Source: Haplodiscus bocki (Eukaryota). Taken from it: a stretch of DNA of 64,000 bases. Below are positions 1 through 11,590 of the stretch, piece by piece (within the stretch, counting starts at the first letter, position 1; each line of letters opens with the position of its first letter). Under the pieces are notes generated by a model that saw only the letters and a program-made list of their open reading frames with translations, was not told the DNA's origin and searched no databases. Where the stretch lies: the NCBI GenBank assembly GCA_965655095.1, contig OZ296658.1:32674001-32738000 (forward strand), written 5' to 3'. The position numbers and the translations under genes are program-made.

Positions 1-548
1 TTCAAAGACTGCTGTCACACTTAGTCACGGTTTTTTGTTCGAATTTGGTCATCTCTGTCGTTTTTGACTGAGATCAGCAGGTAACAACTGACAACACTTT
101 TTCGTCTAGAGGGATTTTTGAATAAAATTTGGTCTCAACATCAATAGAGTTGATCAACAAATTGTTCTGTCAGGACCCTCAGAATGTTCGCTTGTTTTTG
201 GAAAGCTTAATCCAAACTGTCGTAAGATTACAGAGCTTCGGTTCTCTTCTTGAAGCATCACCATTAGTCGCCCTAATTAAAATTTCACTAATTTACTTTG
301 AGCAGATATACAATACGCATTACAGTCACAGACCCAAATCAAGTTTTTGGAGTCAATAAAAAAACATTATAAATACAACCATAGGTCAAAAAAATTCAGG
401 GCCCGCCTTAAAATTATTTTCTCTATATTGCGTTTTTTTTCGCAGTATGCACATTTTCAAGATTATTTACATATAATTTCCGCATTGTGTATATTTTTAC
501 GCACATTTTTCTCTGCAAAACAATCAAAAGCATAAATTTGGAACTGCT

Positions 549-620
549 CTCCTATAGCATAGTGGTAATGTCATCGACAAAAGTTCAATTCTTAGCCGCA
601 ATGTTTGGGGTTCATTCCTA
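549..620 (+). mobile_element. tRNA-like Pol III promoter head, possible tRNA-derived SINE
   Basis: A-box-like TAGCATAGTGG at 555-565 and B-box-like GGTTCATTCC at 609-618; no clean cloverleaf; 3' extent and TSD not identified. Confidence 0.3.
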
Positions 621-3600
621 AGGTAGGTTTTTGAGCTGCCCAACATCCCCCAGTCTTTGACACATGCGCCTTTTATAGGTGGATAATCAAACTCACAAAT
701 CTTAAGAAGACTGCTCCCTGTTGAGAAGGTATACGTGAAACGGACTCCTGATGGGCTTATACTTCCTGTAAATTGGTTGAAAAACTGGGTTCATTTATCG
801 CTGGAAAAAATGATGACTCTTAACATAAGTTTTCAGAAAACAAATCAAGTTTGATAACAAAAACTACAGATGAAGACAAAAAAATGTAATTCGATGCAAC
901 AATATATCTTGTATTGAAAGAACTACATGAAAAAATTGAGAAATTGAAAAAAAATGAATAGAGGAAATTCAACGAAATCAAAAATGAGAATAAAACAATT
1001 TTTTGTTTTTATTTGATTGAAAAATTTTTTTGATCCATAGCGCCTGCGCTTGACTTTGATTTTAGGTTTAGACACATTTTATAAGTCTTCCGCTTGATTA
1101 TCCTGTAATTTTCTCAATATTTTCAACAGCTAACTAAAAAATTCTCCATCCCTTAAATTCTTACCAAGACTTTGAAAATCAAGAAAATAGTTTCAACCGA
1201 TAACAGTCCAAATTTTTCTTAGTTACGGAGGTGTTTTCGTACTATAGAAAATGAACCTCCTCGTTTTGAGGAGATTTGGGGCAGTTCAAAAACAGTTTTC
1301 AATTCTATAGATGCATTATAATAAATATTATTTTCCATTTCATTGCATTATTCCAATATTTCATGAAAATTTTTGTTATTCTCGAAAGCATAAGACATTC
1401 CATAGATTTTTCTATTTACTTGTTTAACCAAACTACTCATTATCAATCAATTCTTTGTTTCTATAGAACCAGTTTATAGTGATACAGTTAGATCAAGTAA
1501 GTGCTTTGACATCACAACCATTCTTGTTCGAAACATTTTGATCAAAATTATCTGCATTTTATATTGTTTCTTAGGTTGTACTCTGCTTCTTTTCCAAATC
1601 ATTTTACTTCAATCTCTTTTTGATTTTACTGGAAGACTTCACGATGTTTTTTTGTCTCGTTTTTGGACTTTCATTTAGCCTTATTTTTTCCAAAAATTTC
1701 TTCTCATACAATTAATCAAAAGAACGTGAATACAGTTTCGTTCGAACTGTTTCTAATTAAATGGGACATATTGTGATTTTTCGTTTAGTAGCTCAGTGAT
1801 TTGTTGAACTGAAATCACTTCTCCATTTTGAAAAAAATGTTTATTGTTGGAAAATACCTTTCAGTTCTTCTTTCAGAAATTAAATGTTTACATCCATTGC
1901 CAAAAAAAACACAAGCTCTATTTGAACAAAACTGTTTCTGATGTTTATTGTTTCCATAAAAATTTCGAGTACTCTGATGTTTTTTTTTCATTTAATTTGA
2001 TTGACTTCAATTGACATACTTATCACAATTTATACAGTAAAAAAAGTAATTCTTACAATTTTAATAACGTTTGCAAGAAAACTTTCAGAATAAACATGGC
2101 AGGTCTGTTTAGTGGTGGCAGGCAAAAACACGTTTTTTACACACTAAATTTATTTTAATTACATCAACGAATTTTCTCTGACCAAAACTGAAATAACTAT
2201 CATGTTTAGCAAAAAGTTTATAGTTTTGAACAACATGTCTTTTTTTATAACTACATAAAGTTTTCATTTTTCTTCACATTGCATGTCCTCTAATTTTACT
2301 ATGGATTCATCTTGTAAATCAGAAAACTTAGCCCCAATTTCAATATTAGGCCTAGATAAAAAAGTTTGATATTATATATTGAGGAGAAAAATTGAATGAT
2401 CCGGAATAAACTAAAAACAAAAAGCAGAGTGAATGAGATTCAGATTCTACAATTTAAAGATACAGTAATGACATAATCATGGAGAGTGTTTTTTAGAAAC
2501 AAAATCAGAAAAAACTCTCCAAGAACTTCTAAAGGCTCATCCCATGTGAAAACCAAGAAGTATGACAGTGAGAATTAATTTTTTTGCAAAATAGGTAAAC
2601 GACAAACGTTTAACTTTATCTAAGCAACAGATTTTTCAGGAACAATAAAAAATAATCAAAAAGTTCAAGAAGAAATTGAACTAGTTGTTAATAATAATTC
2701 AAATGAATTTTACAAAAAACACAAACAAGGCAAAAAGCATTAGTTCGAAGATGAATTTTAGGAAGAGGCAGTGGAATAAAAAAATGTAAAACGATTGAAG
2801 ATGTGGATAAGGAAATGGAACTTGAAGACAATAAAGTTATCTTTTTAGCTGATAAAAAAATTCAAATGAAGAGACTATGAAACAAATGAACCAAATAAAT
2901 CTAACTGAAACTTGTAGGGAAACAGATAGAGTAATGAATGGAAAAAATCTAACTTTTTGAAAACATAAAGTTTGTTAAAACAACAAAGATAACGAATAGA
3001 CACTAACGAAAACTTTTGTTTTTCGCAATTGAGTAAACTTCCATGATTTTGATATAGTTGCTAATCTGTTTTTCTTCATATTCCGATTTATAAATGAAGT
3101 GAATAGGCTACGATAAATTTAAGGGAATTGATTTTCAAGAGTTTCTTGCGAGAGATAAACTACAGGATACGAATCTTCACCAAGTGAAAAAATCACTGCA
3201 GGATCATTTACTCAAACAAAAACAAAATTAGAGCAATTGAAGGAAACGAATAATAAAACAATCTTTTCGGAGAAAAAAAATCTTTCAAAATTTCAAAAAG
3301 GCAATGGATTCAAAAGAGTGAAAAATAAGAACTCAAGAATTGGGGAGAAATAGTTTATATTGATGAAGACGAAAAAATTAGTTGTCCATTTGGGATGAAG
3401 ACATAACAGAGGAAGCATTGAGATCAACTCTTGTTGATAGGTTGAAATTATATAAAATTAACAGCAAAAATTTTATGAAAAACTTTTAAAAAACACAAAA
3501 GAATAGAAACTGTTTCTTTTAAATTAAGAACATCATGAAAAATTACAACACGATTTTGTGGAATCTGTTTTTCAGGACTTCGAAAGTTATCGTAGGACAA

Positions 3601-3639
3601 AAAAGTTTCAGAAGAAATTATCGAAATTGTCTTTCGAAT

Positions 3640-4129
3640 AAATTTTCTTCTATCTCATAAACATGAGATACCAGCAGGAGGAAGGTAGGTCTAAAAATTA
3701 CCCTAAATGCTTTAGTAGTACAGCTGTTGTAACAATGGAAACAAGTTCTATTACAAACAAAATTATAGGATTTGATGAAAAGTCATTTTTTAACATACTT
3801 CCAAGTTTTGTCCCGAATTAGAAATATAGGCCCAATTGAACATACTTTATTGAAAAACTCAGAAGTTTGACGTCACTAGAAAATTTTGACTTCAATTGTG
3901 GTTGCATTAATTGTTAAAAATTGAATGATATGAGAGAACCAATCCCTTTCATTTTTTTTGATAAACTTCCTGGATAAAAAACCTTTTTTCCGAGCGGAAA
4001 TCATACGCTATACGTAGAAAAAAAATCTGTTTTGGGTATTGCCCGTTTCACTTAGAAAACAAAAATAGAAAACAATATTTTTTCGAGGGTGAAACTTTGA
4101 CCCTTACTTTACTATCAATAAAATTGTAA
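3640..4129 (+). pseudogene. Polinton-type minor capsid (penton)-like protein, degraded
   Basis: Manual translation: IGFDEKSFFNIL...FNCGCIN..LNDMREPIPFIFFDKLPG...KSVL...FEGETLTLTLLSIKL* (stop 4127-4129); resembles the penton C-terminal pattern (KCDxIxGS..NGxREPIL..F..DKxPG..DFNGExLTFxL); many stops and frameshifts. Confidence 0.6.
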
Positions 4130-4139
4130 GTTACAAATT

Positions 4140-4521
4140 AGGTAACAAAAGTTCAAAACTGAATCATTTTGTGTTGGTGGTCGCCATTGTTCAGGCACAG
4201 TAAGCAGTTAAACTGATGAAAACTGCAATAAATTTTTTAGGTGGTAAATGTATTAAGTGTAATAGAAGGAATCAGGGGGTGTTATTGGGGATTTTATCAA
4301 AACCGAAGAAGTGGTTTCTTTCGAAAAACATAGAAAACGCCACAACTAAAGCAGGTAAGAAATCGGATAATTTTTTGAAAAATTCTGCAAGAATTTCAAA
4401 AGATAGGAGCAAAAACTGGTAGTGCAGTTGTAACAAAAAGTTCTAGGACAGCTCTATCCTTTCAGATGTCATAAATTTTTATCATACTGTGATGTGTTTT
4501 TATCTTACAAAACTGGTTTAG
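4140..4521 (+). pseudogene. Small Zn-ribbon/basic Polinton protein, degraded
   Basis: SFCVGGRHCS...GKCIKCNRR then ...DVINFYHTVMCFYLTKLV*; partly covered by ORF 4216-4422. Confidence 0.5.
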
Positions 4522-4554
4522 ATACAACTGAGGAAACAATTTTATTCAAGCAGA

Positions 4555-5060
4555 TTTGTCTGCCACTATATCATATCGTTCTGCGCCACCATAACCAGAT
4601 ACAAATTGTGAAGAGATGTTAAAAAATAAAGTGAACGTTAAATACAGCTTCAATAATTCTGCCGCAAATCTTAAGGAAATGATTACCAACTTCCAAGATG
4701 AAAACCGTAAATCAACAAAGATGTAAAAAAGTTCTGAAACTTTATGTATTATATTAAAAATAGTTGACACGTTCATTATATCTATAACTTCGACTTCTGT
4801 AAAATTTTATTTTAATGTTTTTCGATTATTAGTAATCTGAAGTTCAATTGGAATTGCTTGTGGCCTAACTTTAACTAATAAAATTTTAAATGAAAGAATG
4901 ATGAACGAAAATAGTAATACAAAAATTGATGAAGCACCATAATCTATTAATTCTTTGACGAAAGAGCACAAAAACATGGTTATTTTTTCGATAAAATACA
5001 TAGAACATGTTGACAGGAAAAGGTGGTTGGTAAAAAGGAATATGATTCTCTGGGTTATCT
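4555..5060 (+). pseudogene. Polinton accessory protein with coiled coil and hydrophobic hairpin, degraded
   Basis: YRSAP...SFNNSAANLKEMITNFQDENRKSTK...IILKIVDTFIISITSTS...SIGIACGLTLTNKIL. Confidence 0.45.
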
Positions 5061-5083
5061 TTCACAAAATAGGTAAAAGGAGA

Positions 5084-5259
5084 GGCCGGGTTTGTCGTTC
5101 GTGCGCGAATCGAACTTTTGTTCAGAAAAGACTGAATTCAGTAAGAAGAGGGAGTAAGCGTGGCTCCCTGAGCCACTGTGGTTCTTCGATCCACACATTA
5201 CCGCAGGCAACGTGGCTTCCTGCCTAAAGCTTTCCTGGACACGAACATAAAACCGAGCC
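5084..5259. ncRNA. GC-rich structured island (candidate ncRNA or small palindromic insertion)
   Basis: 5084-5103 GGCCGGGTTTGTCGTTCGTG pairs with 5240-5259 CACGAACATAAAACCGAGCC (~18 bp, bulged); several internal hairpins; T-run at 5274-5281. Confidence 0.35.
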
Positions 5260-5329
5260 CGCAAAGAACACTATTTTTTTTGAAATTTTTCATAGTGAGA
5301 AAACGCTACCAAAACGTAAATGTGAGAAT

Positions 5330-5780
5330 AGATTTATTCATAAAAGAACGTTTTATGTTGGTCCTTCTTTTCGTGTGATACTCCTCTTTTAATGAGAAAA
5401 CTAAAAAACATTATTAGCAGACATTTTTTTGATGTTACGACATCATTTGAACAATATGCTGATGAGTTTTTTAGTGAATAGGAAATTAAAGAAGTTGGTG
5501 ATTACGAAAATGGTATTGTAGTTTTTGATAAAATGTTAGATTCTAACAAAAAACCAGTTAGCCTATTCCTCAAAAGAGGGCTTCACAAACATTTAGATGT
5601 GGATTCTTCGTTTCATTCATAATTCCATTTACCAGAAAGAACAGCAATGAATTCAATGGTCTATGTAAGAGAAGCATAGAAATGATTATAATCATATTTC
5701 ACTGAAGAGTGTAGAAACAAAAGTGCGGAAAAAATTTGTGAAAGTAACAAAAGCACACCTGAAATGTGTTTTGTGTGTAC
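5330..5780 (+). pseudogene. A32/FtsK-HerA-type DNA packaging ATPase, degraded
   Basis: Broken Walker A (KRTFYVGPSF.., 5343-5375), Walker B IVVFDKM (5515-5535, consensus hhhFDDM), arginine-finger region FLKRGLHKHLDV (consensus FFxRGRHxNhD), then FHLPERT. Confidence 0.7.
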
Positions 5781-5894
5781 TCAAAAAAACCCTTTTTGAA
5801 AAATTACATTTTCAACTAAAGAGTTATATATTTCGAAAATCTCATTTTAAATTTTGAGTTCCTTTTAGAATAATAAAAATAAGTTAAAGTGATA

Positions 5895-6378
5895 TTTTCA
5901 GTTAATATTGAAGAAGAGCGAGAAGCCTCAAAAAAATCAAATGCTTTTCAATTAAACAACAAAGAGTACGTTTACAAAGGAAATTAGACTTATCATTTTG
6001 ATAAAACAAGAATTTCCCAACTAAATACAAACGCTGTTGCAGAGACAAGTGAAAAAATTTTGAGGAAAGTAAATCTACTACAAAAGCAATTGCGGAATTG
6101 AATGAGTCAATTGTTTAAGTAAAGATTTCAGAGTTAATAAATAAAAAAGTGTTTTTAGCCCAAATTAAACGACTCCTAGCAAAATGTTTAGTAGAAATTA
6201 AACGTCAATTTCGATTGTCTGACGATCCTGATAGTGACAATTGGAATGTTTATATAACGAAAGGGGAGAAATTACAGTATGTGGCAATAGTTCGTTTGTA
6301 GAATTAGTGGTCAAGGTTTCACAATCAAAGGTGATCTTTCAAAAATGATCACTGAATATAGATTCAATGTTACAGTTT
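5895..6378 (+). pseudogene. Polinton coiled-coil accessory protein, degraded and 3'-truncated
   Basis: ..STTKAIAELNES..QFRLSDDPDSDNWN..FTIKGDLSKMITEYRFN; breaks off abruptly at ~6378. Confidence 0.4.
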
Positions 6379-6664
6379 CATTAACTTTCCGCATGCATCG
6401 CCGCGTTCCCAGAATGAGTTTTTTAAAGGTCGTTTCAAATTTTGGATTCCGCGAATGAACAACCAAGTGTCTGACAACGAGCTTACTTTCCTTTTCCGGG
6501 ATCTTCTTCATGAAAGTGACGATTGTAACGAAAGATATGTGCAAATCAGGAAACTAACTTGTGCACCAATACGTGACGTCGAAATGGCATTCAAATACAT
6601 TGGGAAAAACATGGAAAGTTTCACAAACCGAAACTTCGGTTAAGTCTGTTTGCTAACAGAAACT
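6379..6664 (+). pseudogene. Fragment of an unknown gene; 6520-6664 is the diverged left end of tandem-repeat copy 1
   Basis: CGATTGTAACGAAAGATATG...GACGTCGAAATGGCA..CAAATACATTGG..AAACATGGA at 6520-6664 aligns with 18238-18382 and 25910-26054; ORF 6455-6643 runs across the start of the homology. Confidence 0.75.
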
Positions 6665-8640
6665 TTTGAACGCTGAAAGTGACCTGTTCAAGCCTTGAGC
6701 AAGACGACGGTACGCGAAAGTACGTGCACCGAAATTAAAGGACAGTAATTGAATCGATTGCTCATCTGCCATTTGGAGACAGTGGCAGGCTTGGGAACAA
6801 TGAAACTCATAAAAGTACTTTTTCCCTGCCATATGCTGAGCTGCATCAGCAATCGTTGTGACTGGGTGGTTGTGTTTGATGAGGTGGTTGATTCGTCTCA
6901 GGTCAACTAAAAATCTAAGTTTCCCAATAGGTTTACGTTTGGCAAAAATGGGCGATGACTACTTACTGAAAGGCAACGTGGTAATTATATCGCATTCTTG
7001 TTGTAACGCGAGTTCAACAAGCATCTCATCTTTGAGGTTCGTTGGTATAGGAAGGCTTTGCCGTAGACTGGGTCATCATAGATGCGAGTTAATTTAATCA
7101 AAAATCCCTATGTCGTTGTTGATTCCTATGTCAAATCTATGTCTAGCGAAAATCCTGTGTTACTTTACCAGTAATCGTTCCACCATAGCTTGCTCTCCGA
7201 GAGTTAGTTGTGAGTTTTTCCAGCTGAATTGATCCCGGAAGGCTTTGCACTATTCATCATCTAGTGCTGTATCCAGTTCCTCGAGTTCACAGTCGCGGGT
7301 TTTCATCGTAAATCCGTTGTTCAATCAGGCTGAGCTTCGTGGGGTCCTGGCATCTCTCAGGCGTCGGGTACCCTCGTTTGTCGACCGGTGAATCTGGAGT
7401 CTGGAAGAGTTGGTTGATGACGTTATTGGCTTCCTCTACGTGTGAAGAGACAAGAGTGAGTTTTTGCACGTGATGGGATTGTCCGGGTGTGTGTGTTCTA
7501 AAGTTGGCAACAACTGTTCCATGGCTGATGTTAAACGTGCGGGCATTCGGGTTCATTACTTCAATTGTTCTTGTTCTTCCGTCTCTGAGTTCTTTCATTG
7601 CCGGAGTCATTATGAAGTCAGGCTTTTGGGTGAAATCAGGAGTAGCTTCCGTTTTCACGAAGGAGGTCTTGAGTTCGGTTGCCGTGATGGTTGGCACCAT
7701 AACATGTTGGAATGGGCCTAGAACATTTTTCTGGAAGGCTTCCATTTCAAAAGCTCCAAATATAAATTTCCCATGATGTGGCTTGAGCTGTAGTGACAAG
7801 TCTGGGAAGTCGACCAGGTTGTTTTTGAGGTCCAGAGTCACAGAGTTTATCTCGAAAAAGGACATACCATTGAGGATATTGCCCATGGTTGGCACTACGA
7901 TGATTATTTCTTCAAAAATGTCGCCCGCTAGAAAAAACCGGCGTTGGACTTCGTTTGATGGACGCGATGTTGCCGCTGGCGATTTGAATTTTATTTTCTG
8001 GTGCAGGCCTCTCTTGTAGTAGCGCTGAGGAGTGAGCGGTGAGTATGCAGCCTAGCTCACTTTCAGACATAGCGCCCTGTATGGTGCAAGTGTCAAGGAG
8101 GACATGGTTTTCGTAATCACGAAATTGCAAAGGTATGTACAGCAAGTGTTCATGTTTCTTCGGTTTTAAAAGTTGTGGACAATGGGCGGATTTCGCCTTG
8201 TCGTTTCTTGGTCTTTCGCTTCAGCGACGTTGTTTTATTCGGTGATCTGGGTGCACTCGGTGTATCTGATGATGTGTTATCACCGACTTGTGTGCTGTCT
8301 CGGAGTTCATCGGTAGATTGGCGTTCTTTATTCGTTCCCTCACTGCCGGCTAGGTGTGTGTTTGGGGTGAAGTGATAGTTGTTTTGGGTAGACCGATTCA
8401 TGTTGTTTTTTTGTCGAAGGATTGGAGTCTCTAGGATGCTGCCGATATCCGTTGGGCTCACTATTTTCTTTTGTATTTTCAGTCTGTTTTTTTTTGCTTC
8501 CTTTTTTTTCTAACACATGCAGGAGATTAAGATATGGCATATTGCGCACTTCTGTGTTTTGCTGTGGGTAACGTGGCGTGATTAGTTTAAAGGATGATCT
8601 TCTTCAGTCTGTGATGAGTTGGAGAAGTCGGGTTGCTGGG
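6665..8640 (-). pseudogene. pol: pol (protease + partial RT), degraded
   Basis: ORF pieces 7912-8145 (aspartic protease) and 7287-7895; RT motifs PIFAKRKPIGKLRFLVDLRRIN and LAQGL. Confidence 0.9.
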
Positions 8641-8649
8641 AGACTTCGT

Positions 8650-10112
8650 TTAGTGGGGCCCTTTTGTAGGATGACTTAAACTCCTTGCGGAATTTTCTGC
8701 TTTCGTTCGTACTCTGTTTGTCATATGGGACATTGCGGAACGCATATGCACCTTTCCCTCTGTGTCTGCAGTCTCGCGCTGAGTGGCCAGTGTAACCAGA
8801 TTAATTGCAGTCCAATTTGGAGTTATATTTTGGTCGCTTTTACCGAGGCGCTTCTTTTCGACTGTCTTGCGATCGTTGACTGGCGTCGTCACGTTTTTTC
8901 CTGTGGCACTCTCGCTCTTTGTGCTCTTCTTTCCACAGTAAAGGCAATATACGTTGAAGTTGAGACGGTCATTAGTGGGAGTGGTGTTGTGGGTGCCTTG
9001 TGGTCTGTTGTTGCGAGACGTAATCTCGTTAAATTGCATTATCTGGGTTGTCTGGGGGATCAGTTGTTGGTATTGGAACTGTCTTTGCATGAATGCTTTG
9101 ATCTCCTCAACAGATGCATCGGCTTTCCCTGCGGTGGAGAGAGGGTGTTGTATTTGTATCGGTAGTTTCCCAAACACAGAAAGGTTTCAACAAAATCAGA
9201 GGGTCTTTTCAACAAATGTTTGTTTTGTTTTTCTTTTCAATGTCCTTAGAAATTCTGCAAAAGTTTGATTGCTGGGGTCATAGTTTAGTTGGGTCCATTT
9301 GTATTCGGAGACTTCTTTGAAATCTTCCTGAGCAAACTCGCGTCTGAATTCGAGAAGTACATCTCGGAAGGTGTTCTCTGAGTTGATCCTCAGTGTTTGC
9401 CAAAACTCGATGGTTTCATCTCTCAGGAGACTTTGATGGTTTCATCTCCCAGGAGACTTTGAAAGTTGTTTAATTTGTTCTGTTCCGTGATCCTGTGTTG
9501 ATTGGATTGCAGGTGGTTGGGGAGTAAAGGCTCGAATTCGTTGAATTTATCTTTAGACCCTCGGAAATTGGGCACTTTTGTATGTAGCACTTTAGTCTGG
9601 GAGACATATCGGTGGAGGATGGTGGGGAGGTTGTTGATAGCGCTTACCGCCAGATTCATCTGTGATGAGGTTTTGCAGTGGGTCGTTCGTCTTCATCATC
9701 AAGACTTGAAACACTCTGATGTGGTGGTAATTCTGGAGAAGTGAGTTCTGCGGGTGGCGCGAGTGTGCCGAGTGGCGCGAAGACGAGGTTCAAGGTTCCT
9801 GTCACCATGTCGGACCGGCTCATGGCGCCAGTAGATGAGCCAGTGGTTCTTGAGAATGCGATCTTTTCGTGATGTTCGTACGTGTGCGCATCCCGTAATT
9901 TCTCCATTAATTCACAAAGATGAGCTAACTGTTGAGTGAGCCGGCTCTGTTACAGCCCTTATCTGACGCTCAACATCTTCACAGGTGACAGTTTCAATTG
10001 GTAATATCTCGATTCCGGGATCTGACATTCTTCTTAGAGTATGTGTCAGTAAACTTTCAGTCTCAGTGATACTATTGTTTTCTTCGGTCTTAACTGCCAC
10101 AGACTTTTTCAT
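8650..10112 (-). pseudogene. gag: gag, frameshifted
   Basis: ORF pieces 9912-10112, 9656-9907, 9423-9659, 8650-9177; Zn-knuckle remnants; a 26-bp tandem duplication at 9409-9460 breaks the frame. Confidence 0.8.
9790..9807 (-). promoter_or_regulatory. Primer binding site TGGTGACAGGA.. (probably tRNA-Leu type)
   Basis: CA|TGGTGACAGGA; the same motif follows the LTRs at 40744 and 54079, and TGGTGGCAGGA follows the LTR ending at 39481. Confidence 0.7.
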
Positions 10113-11077
10113 ATATCAAGGTAAATGGTTGCAATATGGTTGAAGAGTATCAACTTACTAAAGCTAAGAATGGGTTTCAATGACAGAAGTTTTATATTTT
10201 TTACAGGAATGAATTCGAGCAAATTAGAGTCTTCTGAGATTGACGAGCACTTTTCGTGGGCAATTTTTGTGTTGAAACATACTTCTCTCCGTCGTAGCAA
10301 GGGTTGTTGTGCTGGATTTCCGCTTTTGCGTGACCAACTACCCGCACTATTTGGTCAGGTGATGTTTGAGTTGGTCACGTGATCGTGATTCGGGCCGGTG
10401 GTTGGCTTTCAGTCTTCACACCTATTTATGCACAGCAATTGATAACGAACATCGCACCTCAGTTTTAGTGCAAATCGTTCATGTCGAGTTTACTGCAATC
10501 TGATTGGCTAACGCCGATTACGAAAATCAAACCTCCTTAATAGCATTCTTATCTTAAAAAAGTGCTGACTTTATTTCACCTAAATCGAATTAGCTGTAAT
10601 CACGAAAAGTATACTGCGTTGAGATTTTATTATTCACTAAAGACTGAGAATAAAGTATACTGTTAACACGAAATTCATACTGCTTTGTGATGATGTCATT
10701 TGGGTGATCCTGATGTCACGAAATTTGCAAGCAAATTCATTTTCACTCATTACACTGGTAGTAAGAAGTTGATGCAGGATACACTCGACGAAATAGAATT
10801 ATTGTGATTTGAAGGACTTTCACCAAAGCCATTTTAGGCGTTTCACTAACACTATTGTGGCACAGGTTTCGTTATATGAGACATAAATCGCTTTCTTACC
10901 AATGGGGAGGAAATAATAAGACATAGTGGCGGTTGAATCGGTGTGTCGTTATAGAGCTGGATAATTTGCTTATGTATTAAGTGATAAGAGAAAATATAAA
11001 CATTCATACATAGAACATAGGCTAATTGCATATTCATTTTTATGTAGAATTTATATTTCCATCATGCTGGCATGACA
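9808..11077 (-). repeat. 5' LTR (~1270 bp) of the truncated Gypsy element
   Basis: Minus strand starts TGTCA at 11077, where repeat-unit homology resumes (11078 CCCAGACACCGAC), and ends ..GACA at 9808 directly before the PBS. Confidence 0.75.
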
Positions 11078-11590
11078 CCCAGACACCGACTTCACCGAAG
11101 ATTATCCCGAAAGCGCGCTTTTGACAGAATAGCAGGAATATGTTTGAGCCTTCACAGTTTTGAAAGTAATGCCTTTCAAACAAATTCCTTTCAGCCATTT
11201 AGACTTCACTTACAAAGAGTCAGGAAGTTTACACGGAAAGAATCCATTTTAACGCATTCTGGTTAAAAGGAAGTGTATTGAAACCAGCTTATGCCCAGTT
11301 TTCACGTAGTTCAAAAAAATGATTTTTTTGACGTTATGAGAGAGAAGTGATTTAGAGTAAACGGTGAAAAATCACTTGCTTTGAGACTCGGCTGTCTTTG
11401 TATTTAAGTTGTCATTATAATCCTCAACACTCCACATTGATTGAATTGCTTCCTTTCCTTTTGCTTGTGATTTCACTATCCAGATTGTTTGGTTCCCAGT
11501 CTAGCAATTGAAATATACCAAATCTAGACCTATTTTGCATTCTTTACCCAATTCGGAAAACCTGAATTTTTCCCTGCAACGTATTTAGCA

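Larger units (their letters stand above)
3600..6378 (+). mobile_element. Degraded Polinton/Maverick (adintovirus-like) element, virion morphogenesis module
   Basis: Co-oriented decayed ORFs resembling penton, Zn-ribbon/core protein, membrane protein, A32-like ATPase and a coiled-coil protein. No pPolB, integrase, major capsid or TIR seen. AT-rich decayed coding-like DNA at ~830-3600 may also belong. Confidence 0.7.
6665..11077 (-). mobile_element. Ty3/Gypsy LTR retrotransposon, 3'-truncated inside RT
   Basis: 5' LTR, PBS, gag (KVPNFRGSKDKFNEFE; CLYCGKK knuckle), protease (HVLLDTCTIQGAMS), RT N-half ending CSQACHCLQMADEQSIQLLSFNFGARTFAYRRLAQGLNRSLSAF at ~6665. Confidence 0.92.

Noticed and set aside
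549-625. Functional tRNA gene
   Set aside because: No acceptor stem or anticodon arm can be formed; B box is imperfect
830-3600. Assignable genes in the AT-rich, lysine/glutamate-coding-like stretch
   Set aside because: Too decayed to recognise; possibly Polinton accessory genes but unsupported
5084-5259. Hammerhead, HDV-like ribozyme, SRP or RNase P RNA
   Set aside because: No CUGANGA/GAAA core, no convincing nested pseudoknot, no diagnostic conserved boxes found
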